Shown one piece after another: positions 36,151-46,646 of a stretch of 64,000 nucleotides of DNA (the first letter of the stretch is position 1; each line of letters starts with the position of its first letter). The notes below the pieces were generated by a model. The model made no database searches. It saw only the letters and a list, made by a program, of their open reading frames with translations, and was not told the DNA's origin. The DNA comes from Exilispira sp. Its GTDB lineage: Bacteria; Spirochaetota; JAAYUW01. The stretch is from assembly GCA_035385485.1 (NCBI GenBank), contig DAOOKC010000001.1, positions 8,385-72,384 on the forward strand. Reading direction: 5' to 3'. The position numbers and the translations under genes were made by a program.

Positions 36151-37392
36151 TTATTCTACTGTTGCAAGAAAGTAAGCATAAGTTATTGCATCATTTAAAA
36201 TATATTCTATTGTGCAATTTTCATTTGGTTGATGTGCAGTCTCTTCTATTGTCGCCCAGACAATTGCAGGAAGACCTGCTTTTCTAAGGATTGCTGCACA
36301 TGTGCCACCACCTATTCCTACAAGTTTTGGTTTAAAATTTCTTGTTTTTTCAATGGCTTTTGAAAAAGAAATGACTAAAGGATGATCAGAAGAAGTTGGT
36401 TTTGGTGCTATATTTTTTTGTAAAAATTCAAAAGAAATTTCTACCTGGTATTTTGATTCATAAATTTTAGCAATCTGCTTCATTTCATTAAAGATAGCAT
36501 CGATATCATAGTGAGGTAAAATCCTACCATCAAAACAGATTATATCTAAAGCAGGGATTGTATTAACATTTTCAACATTTAATTCTTTTTTTGTTGGTTC
36601 AAATGTTGAAATATTTGGAACAAAAAGGTCGTCTATATCATTGTATTTAGTATGAATGTATGAATCGATGGCAATTGCACATTCCATTGCTGCTCTATGA
36701 GCATTTCTTGCAAGATGAGGCATAGATGCATGAGCCTGTTTACCCTTTGTTATCATCTTGACCCACATTATTGATTTTTCCGCTATTTCTATTTCGTTGC
36801 CTTCTGGATTACCTGCATCTGGAACTATAAACCAATCATCTTCACCAAATTGGAAATTATTTAAAACATAGGATATGCCAAATTCAGAACCAGTTTCCTC
36901 ATCTGATACAAACATCAGTCCAAGATCATATTTCGGTTTGATATTCAACTTTTTGAGAATCTTTGCAGCTATAATAGAAGCGACAAGTGATGCCCCATTA
37001 TCTTCCGATCCTCTTCCATAGATCTTTCCATTTTTTACAACTGGGGTAAAAGGATCATTTTCCCATAGTGTTATCTCTCCAGCCGGAACTTTATCCATAT
37101 GTGTCATAAACCATATTCTTTTATCTTTCTTTTCCCCATCTATTAAAGCTAAAATGTTCGGTCTAAATCCGTAAGGAACCTGATTATCTGGTGCATTAAT
37201 TTCTTTTATTTCATCTACATTCATTTCACTACAGACATTTTTTAACCATTTTGAAACTTCAAGTTCACCAGGACCGCCTGTTTTTGGATTAACAGAATTA
37301 AAAGAAATAAATTTTTTAGAAAGTTCAATTAACTCAGTTTCAAGTTCTTTTGCCGTCTTTTTGATAGATTCAAGTAAGTTTTTTTCATCCAT
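36151..37392 (-). CDS. M20-family metallopeptidase. It may be succinyl-diaminopimelate desuccinylase / ArgE-like, given its position next to dapA.
   Basis: M20 motifs are present (HMDKVPAG, SDEETGSEFG, and a C-terminal GGGTCAA region). The specific substrate cannot be told from sequence alone. Confidence 0.6.
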   Translation of the reverse strand: MDEKNLLESIKKTAKELETELIELSKKFISFNSVNPKTGGPGELEVSKWLKNVCSEMNVDEIKEINAPDNQVPYGFRPNILALIDGEKKDKRIWFMTHMDKVPAGEITLWENDPFTPVVKNGKIYGRGSEDNGASLVASIIAAKILKKLNIKPKYDLGLMFVSDEETGSEFGISYVLNNFQFGEDDWFIVPDAGNPEGNEIEIAEKSIMWVKMITKGKQAHASMPHLARNAHRAAMECAIAIDSYIHTKYNDIDDLFVPNISTFEPTKKELNVENVNTIPALDIICFDGRILPHYDIDAIFNEMKQIAKIYESKYQVEISFEFLQKNIAPKPTSSDHPLVISFSKAIEKTRNFKPKLVGIGGGTCAAILRKAGLPAIVWATIEETAHQPNENCTIEYILNDAITYAYFLATVE

Positions 37393-37428
37393 AAAAACCC
37401 CTTTAATAAAAAATTTAATTAAATTTTT

Positions 37429-38598
37429 TTATTGAATTAAAGAACCAATCTCAAGATCATAATGAAATCTTTTTGGTAAAAGTATCTCCTGTGCAGATTC
37501 GATTGCATATGAATCTGTCATGCCTGCAATATAATCTATTACAGGAGAATAGATTGAATCTTTTTCTTCTTCACTATTATAAAATTCGTACATCTTCTTT
37601 ATAAAGTCAGAAAAACGAATTGCAAGAAAATTCTTCTCTTTTAAGTATTTTTCAAATGAAAAACCATATTTAAGGTAGATTTCAGATAGATAATTAAAGA
37701 TTGTAAGGAGAATCATAGAAAAATTTTTTTCAAAAATTTTTAATTTTTCATGTAGATAAATTTTTTTATAATTAAATTCTATAAGCTCTAAAAAAGTTTC
37801 ATGTATTTTATCTGAAAAGCAGATAGATCCTGTTTTCAAAGAATTTTCAATGCAATCTTTAACTAAGGTATCTATTATCTGACTATTTTTATAGCCAAGT
37901 GTATCTTTTATCTTTTGTGGTATATCATTTATTGAAATTAATTTAAGAGTAATGGCATCTTCAAGGTCTCTTCCAACATAAGCTATTTTATCAGACATTC
38001 TAACTATACATCCTTCAAAGGTAGAAGGATAACTTTGAAGCTGGTATGTTGATTTTATATCTTTTTCCATATCATTGATATTTTTATTAGGCGAAATTGA
38101 TTTTTCGAATTTTTCACCACAATGATATAAAATTCCATCTAATACAGCATAAGTAAGATTTAATCCTTTTCCATAATTAGTAAGTTTAGTTAAGACTCTA
38201 TATGAGTATTTTTCATGGGTAAAACTATTATCTTTTAATATTTTTTCAGAAATAATTTTTTCTCCAAGATGACCAAATGGAGGATGCCCAATATCATGTC
38301 CAAGCCCAATAGCCCATGTAAGTTCTGTATCGAGTTTTAATGCTTTTGCGATAGTAGATGCAATAGATGCGACATGCAGACTATGCTCCATTCTTGTGCA
38401 AATATGATCATTTCTAGGAGAAAAAAAGACTTGAGTTTTCCCTCTTAATCTTCTAAAAGGATATGAATGCAATATTGCAGTTAAATCTCTAAAATATGCA
38501 CCTCTAACATCTTCTATTCTTTCAAATTTTCTTTTTGTCAAAATCTCATCTGAAAAAAAATTTTTAAAGGCAAAATCATTAAACTTTTGTGAATTCAT
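37429..38598 (-). CDS. HD-domain dGTP triphosphohydrolase-like protein
   Basis: HSLHVASIASTIAKAL...GLGHDIGHPPFGH are the HD motifs of the dGTPase family. Length is 389 aa. Confidence 0.7.
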   Translation of the reverse strand: MNSQKFNDFAFKNFFSDEILTKRKFERIEDVRGAYFRDLTAILHSYPFRRLRGKTQVFFSPRNDHICTRMEHSLHVASIASTIAKALKLDTELTWAIGLGHDIGHPPFGHLGEKIISEKILKDNSFTHEKYSYRVLTKLTNYGKGLNLTYAVLDGILYHCGEKFEKSISPNKNINDMEKDIKSTYQLQSYPSTFEGCIVRMSDKIAYVGRDLEDAITLKLISINDIPQKIKDTLGYKNSQIIDTLVKDCIENSLKTGSICFSDKIHETFLELIEFNYKKIYLHEKLKIFEKNFSMILLTIFNYLSEIYLKYGFSFEKYLKEKNFLAIRFSDFIKKMYEFYNSEEEKDSIYSPVIDYIAGMTDSYAIESAQEILLPKRFHYDLEIGSLIQ

Positions 38599-38640
38599 AG
38601 TTAACCTACAAAAGTATTAAAAAATATAATTTTAAGAATG

Positions 38641-39957
38641 CTATAAAAGAGAACCTATTGAAAATATATCATTAAGGACAACTACTATCATTAAAATAAT
38701 TAGTAGAAAGAAACCAACACTCTGAATTTTTGAAATTAGTTTTGGGTTTAATCTTTTTCTGCTTATCATTTCGAAAAGGAAAAATAAGATATATGAACCA
38801 TCGGTTGCAGGAATAGGTAAAAGATTTGTAAGTCCTAAAACCAATGTAATTAATGCGAAAAATTCAAGTATGTTTTTTATTCCAGTTTTGGCAACTTGAG
38901 AAGAAAGATAAATTATCTTAATAGGACCCGCGACAGATTGACCAACATTTACTTTACCAGAAAAAAGAAGGGGTATACTTTTAATAGTTATTGCCAAAGT
39001 CTCATAACTTTTGGGAAATGCTAAAAATAAAGATTTATAAAATGGAAGACCATTTACTTTTCTAGTTTCAATATAAAATGAAATACCAAGATTGAATTTT
39101 TTATCTACAAAAACCTTTTTTGAGACAATATTATTATTAGATTTAATAAAGACAAATTCTAAATTTTCATAAAGATGCTTTTCTATAAAATTTGGTATAT
39201 CTGCAGTCGACTTTACTTCAATCTTTTCGCCATTTTCAGCTATTATATAGGATAATTTATCATTCTTTTGAAGATTTAAATCAGAAAAAACAGAATTATC
39301 GATTACCTTATCTATAATAGGAGGAAGATATTGATAAATTCCTATTATTGATCTTCCTGTCGACCTTTCAACATCAGGAATTATTTCAAATGATAGCTCT
39401 TTTCCTTCTCTTAAGACTTTAATAGAAAGTTTTTTACCCATCGCTTGACCGACTATCATCTGAATGTCTGAAAAAGATTCTATCTTTTTACCATCAATTT
39501 CTTTTATAATATCCAAAGATCTAAGACCTGCTTTATATGCAGGTTGATTTTGAAGATCTTCTGTTATATATATTTGAGGTGGAACAAATGTCTCGATTGA
39601 AGGTATTGTGCCTGCAATTGCCATAAGTAAAACACCAAATAAAAGGCTAAAAAGAACACCTCCTGCTACAGCTAAAAGTCTTGGGAATGGTTTTTTAGAA
39701 TAGAAATCACCTTCAGATGGGATATAATCATCGGTAATCTGTTCCCCTGCCATCTGGCAAAATCCACCAAAAGGGAAAACTCCAATCTGATATGTTGTTT
39801 CCCCAATTTGCTTTTCCCAAAGAGGTTTACCCCATCCTATTGAAAATCTAACAACTTTAATTTTTGCAAGTTTTGCAAACACAAAATGACCGAATTCATG
39901 AACAAGTACAAGAGTTAAAAATCCAATTATCGCAATAATATAATAGATTATTACCAC
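38641..39957 (-). CDS. rseP: RseP/RIP site-2 metalloprotease (M50) with a PDZ domain
   Basis: The HEFGHF zinc motif lies in the first TM region, a PDZ-like region in the centre, and a C-terminal LTNLLPIPATDG motif. Confidence 0.8.
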   Translation of the reverse strand: MVIIYYIIAIIGFLTLVLVHEFGHFVFAKLAKIKVVRFSIGWGKPLWEKQIGETTYQIGVFPFGGFCQMAGEQITDDYIPSEGDFYSKKPFPRLLAVAGGVLFSLLFGVLLMAIAGTIPSIETFVPPQIYITEDLQNQPAYKAGLRSLDIIKEIDGKKIESFSDIQMIVGQAMGKKLSIKVLREGKELSFEIIPDVERSTGRSIIGIYQYLPPIIDKVIDNSVFSDLNLQKNDKLSYIIAENGEKIEVKSTADIPNFIEKHLYENLEFVFIKSNNNIVSKKVFVDKKFNLGISFYIETRKVNGLPFYKSLFLAFPKSYETLAITIKSIPLLFSGKVNVGQSVAGPIKIIYLSSQVAKTGIKNILEFFALITLVLGLTNLLPIPATDGSYILFFLFEMISRKRLNPKLISKIQSVGFFLLIILMIVVVLNDIFSIGSLL

Positions 39958-41201
39958 TGTTCCTCCAGAATTTCTTTTTCTTTCAAGTATTTTATTATCA
40001 TCTTAAAAATTATATCTTTCCAGTTGTTTAATTTTAAAAAATCTTCTTTTATCTTAAAAGAGTAGTTGTTTGAATTTTCTTTTAAGTTTATAGTTACTTG
40101 ATTTTCGCTTTTTAAAAATAAAATTTCATATGAATCAATCAATAGTTTTCTTAATTTGGAAAAACTAATTTTTTTATCTAAAAGTAGATCTTGAAGATAA
40201 GAATTTAAAAAGATAACTGTAGTACCTTCAACATAACTTTTATTATAATTTTTTATAAAAAGATTTAAGAAAGGATATGTTTTCTGAATATCATGATTTA
40301 ATTCAAACTTAATTGTTTTATCTAAAATTTCTTTAGATTTATAAGGAATAATTAATCCAATTTTATTTAAAAACTTATTTATGGGAAGCAGCATATCTGG
40401 ATTACTTGCTGCAAGATAATAATAGTTATTTATATCCTGAACTATGGCGTGAATCTGAGATTTTGAATCTATTAGAATCTTCACTTTTTCTTTAGGGATA
40501 TCGAAAAGTGCCTGAACTTCAACAAATTCAAATGCCTTATTTATTCCGGAAGAGGAATCTATAGTTATTCTTTTCCCCATATTCCAGTTTGGATGTTTTA
40601 TTATTTCATCAAGAGAGATAAGCTCTATTTCTTCCTCTTTTTTTCCTAAAACTTTACCACCGGATCCCGTAATATATATATTTTCAATTTTTTCTTTCGG
40701 ACAAGATGGCAGAAGTTCATATATGGCATTATGCTCGCTATCTAAAGGGAAGATTAAATCTTTATTGAAATCTTTAAATAATTCATAAGCTATAATAATA
40801 GATTCTTTATTTGCACATCCACAAAAGATATTAAAATGTTGAGATAGAAAAGTTGGTATTATTCCATCAATTCCTATAATACCATTAATTATATAATTTG
40901 AGTTTTTATCTACCTCATTAAATATTTCGTAAAGCTGATTAAAAGATGTAACTATCTCTGTTTTTTTCCTTATTGATTTAGATAAACCATTAAAAAGATG
41001 ATCAACATATTTTTCTGGAACAAAAAGATATTTTGCCTTATATTTTTCCTGTAAATCAATTAATTTTTTTATCTGATTATAACCCGATAATAAAAGGATT
41101 TCGGGTTTATATTTATTATCTATTTGATCTAATAAAGATAAAACAAAAGAACCTATTGAACCAGTAGATCCAAATATTGAAAGATAAATATTATTCATCA
41201 C
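39951..41201 (-). CDS. dxr: 1-deoxy-D-xylulose-5-phosphate reductoisomerase
   Basis: An N-terminal NADPH motif IFGSTGSIGSFVL and downstream Dxr-family blocks. It carries N/K-rich insertions. Length is 416 aa. Confidence 0.8.
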   Translation of the reverse strand: MMNNIYLSIFGSTGSIGSFVLSLLDQIDNKYKPEILLLSGYNQIKKLIDLQEKYKAKYLFVPEKYVDHLFNGLSKSIRKKTEIVTSFNQLYEIFNEVDKNSNYIINGIIGIDGIIPTFLSQHFNIFCGCANKESIIIAYELFKDFNKDLIFPLDSEHNAIYELLPSCPKEKIENIYITGSGGKVLGKKEEEIELISLDEIIKHPNWNMGKRITIDSSSGINKAFEFVEVQALFDIPKEKVKILIDSKSQIHAIVQDINNYYYLAASNPDMLLPINKFLNKIGLIIPYKSKEILDKTIKFELNHDIQKTYPFLNLFIKNYNKSYVEGTTVIFLNSYLQDLLLDKKISFSKLRKLLIDSYEILFLKSENQVTINLKENSNNYSFKIKEDFLKLNNWKDIIFKMIIKYLKEKEILEEQW

Positions 41202-41205
41202 AATT

Positions 41206-42069
41206 TTATTTTATATGATTCTTTAATAAAAACAATAAAAATGAAAAATAAAATGGGAATGCAAATAAAATAGAATCAACAGAGTCTAAAATTCCACCAA
41301 AACCTTTTAAGTAATTGGAAGAATCTTTAACACCACAAAAACGCTTAAAAGCAGATTCGAAAAGATCTCCCATTATAGAAAAAATATTGGTTAAAAATAT
41401 TAAAATTAAGATAATAAATTTATTTGAAAAAGAAAAATGAAAAAAATCTGGAAAAATTATCGTAAGAGAAAATGGAATAAATGTACCAAAAAAAATTGCG
41501 CCCAAAAATCCTTTCAAAGATTTATTTGGCGACACTTCAAGATTAAGAGGATTTCTTGGTAGCCAAAACATACCTATTAAATAACCAAAAATATTGGAAC
41601 TCCAGACAATTAATAAGAATAATAGAAATAAGTTAGATGCATTAGAAAAAATAGAATAGAAAACAAGAATAAAAGAAAGAGAAATGCTTATATAAAAAAG
41701 TCCAAATAGATGTAAAAATAATGAAAGTGAATAAGTTGAGATATTTTTCTTAAAAATATAGAAAAGGCTTGTTATAATTAAGATAGTTAAGATCAAAAAT
41801 AAAAGTAATTCAAAATTTATAAAAGAATTTGAGTAAAGGAAAACCGATAAAATTGTCAATATTGATTGAACAATAAATAAGACTAAATTAATGTAAATCT
41901 GTTTATTTTTGAGGCAAAAATAAAATTCAAATGAAAGTAATCCAATTAAAATTAAAATAAAAAGAAGAATTAAAATATTGTATTTTACAGGTAAAAAAAT
42001 TATAATTAAAACAATTGGAACTGCAAAGACAATAAATAATATTCTTTTAAAAAGTTCTTCTTTTGCCAT
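41206..42069 (-). CDS. cdsA: Phosphatidate cytidylyltransferase
   Basis: Polytopic membrane protein with the C-terminal CdsA signature SAFKRFCGVKDSSNYLKGFGGILDSVDS. Confidence 0.75.
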   Translation of the reverse strand: MAKEELFKRILFIVFAVPIVLIIIFLPVKYNILILLFILILIGLLSFEFYFCLKNKQIYINLVLFIVQSILTILSVFLYSNSFINFELLLFLILTILIITSLFYIFKKNISTYSLSLFLHLFGLFYISISLSFILVFYSIFSNASNLFLLFLLIVWSSNIFGYLIGMFWLPRNPLNLEVSPNKSLKGFLGAIFFGTFIPFSLTIIFPDFFHFSFSNKFIILILIFLTNIFSIMGDLFESAFKRFCGVKDSSNYLKGFGGILDSVDSILFAFPFYFSFLLFLLKNHIK

Positions 42070-42093
42070 ATTAACCAGCGATATTTTTATTTT

Positions 42094-42828
42094 TTATCTA
42101 TTTTCATCTATACGACCAAATCTTCTTTCTCTTTTTTTGTAGGATTCAATAGCCTTAATAAAATGAGACTTTGTGTATTCGGGCCATAGTTGTTCTTCAA
42201 AATAAAGTTCGGTATAGGCTATCTGGTAAAGTAAAAAATTGGATATCCTCATTTCGCCCGATGTTCTTATAAGTAAATCAGGGTCTGGAATGTTTTTTGT
42301 GTACAAAAAAGAAGAAAAAGATAGATTATCATATTTTAAAGGTAAATTTTCATTCTCGTTATCATTAATTAAAATTTTATTTTTTAATAGCTGATTAGCA
42401 AATCTGATAGCTGCCATCTCTATTTCTTCTCTTGCTGAATAGTTGAAGAAAAATAATAAATTAAAAGCATCATTATCTTTTGTAATCTCTTCAAGCTCTT
42501 TTAATATTGAATTTGTTCTATCTGGTAAAGTTGTTTTATCACCAATATGGATAAATTTGATTCTATTTGACATTAATTTTTTTATCTGATCCCTGTAATA
42601 TCTTTCGATAAGGGAAAAGATAAAGTCGACTTCATTTTTAGGTCTATTCCAGTTTTCCTTAGAAAATGCGAAAAATGAGCCATATCTTATATCATACTCT
42701 TTACACCAGTTACATACCTGTTCAATTTTATTCATTCCGGCTTCATGACCAAAAATTCTGGGTTTCCCATGTTTTTTAGCCCATCTACCATTACCATCCA
42801 TTATAAATGCGATATGCTTTATATCCAT
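42094..42828 (-). CDS. uppS: Undecaprenyl-diphosphate synthase (cis-prenyltransferase)
   Basis: HIAFIMDGNGRWAK...GHEAG...FAFSKENWNRP are UPP synthase signature regions. Confidence 0.85.
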   Translation of the reverse strand: MDIKHIAFIMDGNGRWAKKHGKPRIFGHEAGMNKIEQVCNWCKEYDIRYGSFFAFSKENWNRPKNEVDFIFSLIERYYRDQIKKLMSNRIKFIHIGDKTTLPDRTNSILKELEEITKDNDAFNLLFFFNYSAREEIEMAAIRFANQLLKNKILINDNENENLPLKYDNLSFSSFLYTKNIPDPDLLIRTSGEMRISNFLLYQIAYTELYFEEQLWPEYTKSHFIKAIESYKKRERRFGRIDENR

Positions 42829-42829
42829 T

Positions 42830-43396
42830 TTATATTGTCATTATATCTTTTTCTTTTTCTTTAAACATTTCATCGATTTTTTTTATAGCCTTATCTGTGA
42901 ATTCCTGTATCTTCTTTTCCCCTTCATCATATTCATCTTCAGTTATATCGCCATCTTTTTCCATCTTTTTAAGTTTTTCAATAAAGTCTCTCCTTATATT
43001 TCTTATGGCGACTTTACCTTCTTCAGATTTCTGTTTTATAAGTTTAACAAGATCCTTTCTCGTTTCTTCAGTAAGTTGTGGAAGTATAAGTTTTATGACT
43101 CTACCATCATTTTGAGGATTTAAGTTTAAATTTTCTTTTAAAATCCCTTTTTCAATTGCTGCTAAGGTTTTGGGCTCCCATGGAGAAATAACTATTGTTC
43201 TAGCATCAGGAGTTGAAATAGATGAAATATTTTTAAGCAAGACAAATTTTTGATCGACTTCGACTTTAACATTTTCAACCATCGCAGGTGATGCTTTTGC
43301 GCCTCTAACTTTTTTAAATTCATCTTCAAGCACAAGAATAGGTTTAACCATAGCTTTTTTAACTTCTTGATAAAGATTATCTAAAGCCAGGGACAT
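42830..43396 (-). CDS. frr: Ribosome recycling factor
   Basis: 188 aa. The RRF family pattern (ISPWEPK..L..IEKGI...LNLNPQNDG..I.L..P.LTEE.RK.L.K) is recognisable. Confidence 0.9.
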   Translation of the reverse strand: MSLALDNLYQEVKKAMVKPILVLEDEFKKVRGAKASPAMVENVKVEVDQKFVLLKNISSISTPDARTIVISPWEPKTLAAIEKGILKENLNLNPQNDGRVIKLILPQLTEETRKDLVKLIKQKSEEGKVAIRNIRRDFIEKLKKMEKDGDITEDEYDEGEKKIQEFTDKAIKKIDEMFKEKEKDIMTI

Positions 43397-44100
43397 ATAT
43401 CCTCCTGATAAATTAAAGTTCCAATTCTTTTATTTTCAATTAAAAGTGAATAAAGCGAATTTTCATCAAAAAGATTGAGAACAACAACCGGTATTTTTGT
43501 TTGCTTACAAATATCTATTGCAGTCAAATCCATAATCTGGTATTTTTCTTTTAAAAATTGATCATATGTAAGAAATTCAATCTTTTTAGCATCTGGATTC
43601 TTTTTGGGATCATCAGAATAGACACCATCGACTTTGGTAGCCTTGATAAGAAGATTACAGTCGGTTTCTGCTGCTCTAAGAGCCGCAGCGCTATCTGTTG
43701 TAAAATAAGGATTGCCTGTACCACCGGTAAATATTATGATTTTACCTTGATTTATAGCTTCCTGATATTGTTGATAAGAAAAGTATGACACAAGTCTTGG
43801 AATTTCAATGGCGGAGAAAATTTTAGTGGGGAGATTGTTTGAAGAAAAAACTTCTTCAATTGCAATACCATTCATTGTGGTAGCAAGCATTCCTATGTAA
43901 TGGGACTTATAATCTTTAAAACCATGTTTTATAAGATCTTTCCCTCTAAAAAGATTTCCTCCACCTATTACAATTCCAATTTGAATATTATTATCATAAA
44001 TCTTTTTTACAATATCAGAGAGCCATTTTATTTTATTATAATCAATAGAACATCCTTCAGATGAAATAGCTTCGCCAGTAATTTTAATAAGAACGCGCAT
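43381..44100 (-). CDS. pyrH: UMP kinase
   Basis: VLIKITGEA and GIVIGGGNLFRG are the amino-acid-kinase-fold motifs of PyrH. Length is 239 aa. Confidence 0.9.
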   Translation of the reverse strand: MRVLIKITGEAISSEGCSIDYNKIKWLSDIVKKIYDNNIQIGIVIGGGNLFRGKDLIKHGFKDYKSHYIGMLATTMNGIAIEEVFSSNNLPTKIFSAIEIPRLVSYFSYQQYQEAINQGKIIIFTGGTGNPYFTTDSAAALRAAETDCNLLIKATKVDGVYSDDPKKNPDAKKIEFLTYDQFLKEKYQIMDLTAIDICKQTKIPVVVLNLFDENSLYSLLIENKRIGTLIYQEDICPWL

Positions 44101-44954
44101 TAGTTGGATCCAATGCTGGTAAATTTAAATACTTTGGCTTTAATTTTTAGTCCAAATTTTTTTTCTGCATTGGCTAAAATTTCGCCAACTTTTTTCGATT
44201 CATCTCTAACATAAGGGCATTCCAAGAAGACTTTATCTGCAAAAGATTTCTTAGCCTTGCCTTGAATAATGCCTTGAAGAACATTTTGAGGTTTATTTGC
44301 AAAAGCAGGATCATTTGCAACCTGCTTTTCAATAACTTTCATTTCTTCTTCTAATTTTTCTTTAGGAATATCATTCATTGAATAATATTCTGGTTTGTAA
44401 AATTGAACTGAAACTACAACAGAAAATAAAATATCTTTAAGTTCATCACTTTCGGGTATTGGTTTATCAAGCTCAAATTGAACAATAGCGCCATTTTTCC
44501 CCATCTGAACATAAGGAAATACGGGAGATTTTTCATCACCTTCAAGTAAAATAATGTCAGAAATTTTTATATTTTCGTTGAATTTTAATACAGCAGAAGT
44601 TCTTAGTTGTTCGATCTCATTGTCAATAGAGTCTATGCTTTTTATTTTTTTATCAAATAATTTTTTAGCTATATCTTTTGCAAAGTTTCTAAAATCTTCA
44701 GAATTTGCTACAAAATCAGTTTCACATTCGATTTTTGCTAAAATTCCAGAATAATTTTCCTGGTAAATTGCAACTCTACCTTCTGAAACTATTCTATCTG
44801 CTTTTTTGACAGCTTTAGCAAGTCCTCTTTCTCTTAAAACTAAAATTGCTTTGTCAAAATCGCCATTTGCTTCTTCTAAAGCAATTCTGCAATCACCAAT
44901 ACCTGCGCCTGTCATTTCTCTTAATTTTTTGATATCATCTTTATTAATTGTCAT
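44100..44954 (-). CDS. tsf: Elongation factor Ts
   Basis: An N-terminal UBA-like motif (IKKLREMTGAGIGDCRIALEEANGDFDKAI) and an EF-Ts dimerisation core. Confidence 0.9.
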   Translation of the reverse strand: MTINKDDIKKLREMTGAGIGDCRIALEEANGDFDKAILVLRERGLAKAVKKADRIVSEGRVAIYQENYSGILAKIECETDFVANSEDFRNFAKDIAKKLFDKKIKSIDSIDNEIEQLRTSAVLKFNENIKISDIILLEGDEKSPVFPYVQMGKNGAIVQFELDKPIPESDELKDILFSVVVSVQFYKPEYYSMNDIPKEKLEEEMKVIEKQVANDPAFANKPQNVLQGIIQGKAKKSFADKVFLECPYVRDESKKVGEILANAEKKFGLKIKAKVFKFTSIGSN

Positions 44955-45052
44955 AAAATCCCCTTTATAAAAAAATAATAAAAAAAAGTAATAAGAAAAT
45001 AAAAATAAAAAAAATACTAAAATATATAAAAAATAAATTTTATATAAAAAAT

Positions 45053-45088
45053 TTAATAAAAAACTTAATAAAAAACTTAATAAAAAAT
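45053..45088. repeat. Short tandem repeat (TTAATAAAAAAC)x3 in the rpsB-tsf intergenic region
   Basis: Three consecutive 12-mers, TTAATAAAAAAC, TTAATAAAAAAC, TTAATAAAAAAT, can be read directly. They sit in a 233-bp spacer that is more than 90% A+T. Confidence 0.6.
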
Positions 45089-45187
45089 TTTCTCACTCAA
45101 AAAGATAGTTATAAAATTAAAAAAATAAAAAAATCTTTTGAAACAAAAAATAAAGGTAAAATATTTTAAATTAAATATAAAAAATCC

Positions 45188-46000
45188 TTAAAACATTTCA
45201 TCATCATCAGATGAATCATCAGATACAACTTCATTGGGAAAGTCTAATGATGATGTATCAGAAGTAGTAAAATTTTTATTTGTTGTGTCTTCTGATGCAG
45301 ATGTATTTTGGTCTTTTCTAAGATTTCTTCCTTCAGCAATTGCCTTTTCAACCATTTCACAGAAAACACTAACTGCTCTAATAGCATCATCATTACCAGG
45401 GATAGGATAATCAATCAATTCTGGGTCAGAATTTGTGTCAACAATTGCTACAATAGGAATATTCATCCTTTTTGCTTCCAAAATAGCGTTTTGCTCATAA
45501 ACAGTATCAACGACAAATAAAAGTCCTGGAAGCTTATGCTGAATCTTGATAAGTCCACCAACATTTTTTCTAAGTTTTTCCAAAACTTTTCTTTTCCTTG
45601 AAATTTCAGCCTTTGAAAAACCAGGAAAGTTATTTTTTTCAAGTTCCTCGAGATCTAAAAGTTTCTGAATAGACTTTTTAATAACTTCATGGTTTGTTAA
45701 TGTTCCGCCAAGCCATCTATTTGCAACATAAGGAGAATCACTTTTAGTTGCGTATTCGATTATAGATTCTCTAGCTTGTTTCTTTGTGCCAACAAAAAGA
45801 ACATCATATCCTCTAAAAACTGTTTCCCTTATTTTTTCATATGCAGCATCTGCAAGTACTGAAGTCTTTTGTAAATCAATTATATGGATTCCATTTCTTT
45901 TAGCATAAATATATGGAGCCATCTTTGGATTCCATCTTTTAGTTTCATGACCAAAATGAGCGCCAGCTTCAAGAAGTGTTTTAATAGGTAGTACTGACAA
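45188..46000 (-). CDS. rpsB: 30S ribosomal protein S2
   Basis: The N-terminus LLEAGAHFGHETKRWNPKM and the VDT..D and IPGNDDA motifs match S2. The acidic C-terminal tail is lineage-specific. Confidence 0.9.
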   Translation of the reverse strand: MSVLPIKTLLEAGAHFGHETKRWNPKMAPYIYAKRNGIHIIDLQKTSVLADAAYEKIRETVFRGYDVLFVGTKKQARESIIEYATKSDSPYVANRWLGGTLTNHEVIKKSIQKLLDLEELEKNNFPGFSKAEISRKRKVLEKLRKNVGGLIKIQHKLPGLLFVVDTVYEQNAILEAKRMNIPIVAIVDTNSDPELIDYPIPGNDDAIRAVSVFCEMVEKAIAEGRNLRKDQNTSASEDTTNKNFTTSDTSSLDFPNEVVSDDSSDDDEMF

Positions 46001-46646
46001 TCGTAACCTCCTCTTTTGAATAACAAATAAATCTATTATAGTATTTTAAAAATTTTTCAACAGGAAATCCAATAACATTTGTTATTGAACCTTCAACCTT
46101 TTTAATAAGAATTGAACCCGCACCTTGAATCTTATAGGCTCCTGCAGCATCTAAAGGTTCAAGCGTATTGATATAATTTTTTAAAAGATTATCAGAAAAA
46201 AAATTAAAGTATACTTTTGTTTTTTCATAAAAAAAAATAAATTTATTTTTACAGTAAATACATACTCCAGTATAAACTAAATGTTTTTTCCCATTAAGCT
46301 CTTTTAACATCAAAAAAGCATCTTCTTTTGATTTTGGCTTTGGGAAAATTTTGTGATTTCTATAAACTATTGTATCAGCTGTAATGAAAATGTTTTCATT
46401 ATTATTTAAACTTTTATCTTCATTATATAAATTTTTCTTAATATCTTCATTTTTCAATATTGATAGCATTTTAAGCTTTGAATTTTCCAAAACAGTTTTT
46501 ACTGGATTTTTAAAAATAATTTCTTGACATGAAGGCTCAATAATTTCAAATCTTTCAAAAAGCATGGAAAAAAGCATTTTCCTTCTTTCAGAGGAAGATC
46601 CAAGTATTAAGTTAATATTATTTTTATCTTTTTTACCTTTTTGCAT
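45981..46646 (-). CDS. maf: Maf-family nucleoside-triphosphate pyrophosphatase (septum-formation protein Maf)
   Basis: LILGSSSERRKMLFSML...ADTIV...DAAGAYKIQGAGS are Maf signature blocks. An N/K-rich insertion is present. Confidence 0.8.
   Translation of the reverse strand: MQKGKKDKNNINLILGSSSERRKMLFSMLFERFEIIEPSCQEIIFKNPVKTVLENSKLKMLSILKNEDIKKNLYNEDKSLNNNENIFITADTIVYRNHKIFPKPKSKEDAFLMLKELNGKKHLVYTGVCIYCKNKFIFFYEKTKVYFNFFSDNLLKNYINTLEPLDAAGAYKIQGAGSILIKKVEGSITNVIGFPVEKFLKYYNRFICYSKEEVTIVSTTY

Noticed and set aside
42807-44754. Plus-strand small ORFs overlapping uppS/frr/pyrH/tsf (42807-43115, 43558-43788, 44554-44754)
   Set aside because: They lie opposite well-conserved housekeeping genes and are low-complexity translations with no RBS.
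44955-45187. CRISPR array or mobile-element remnant in AT-rich repeat regions (also 28623-28749, 29812-30015)
   Set aside because: Repeat units are only 11-13 nt, A/T-only and contiguous, with no spacers. No cas, transposase or integrase genes are present anywhere in the window.
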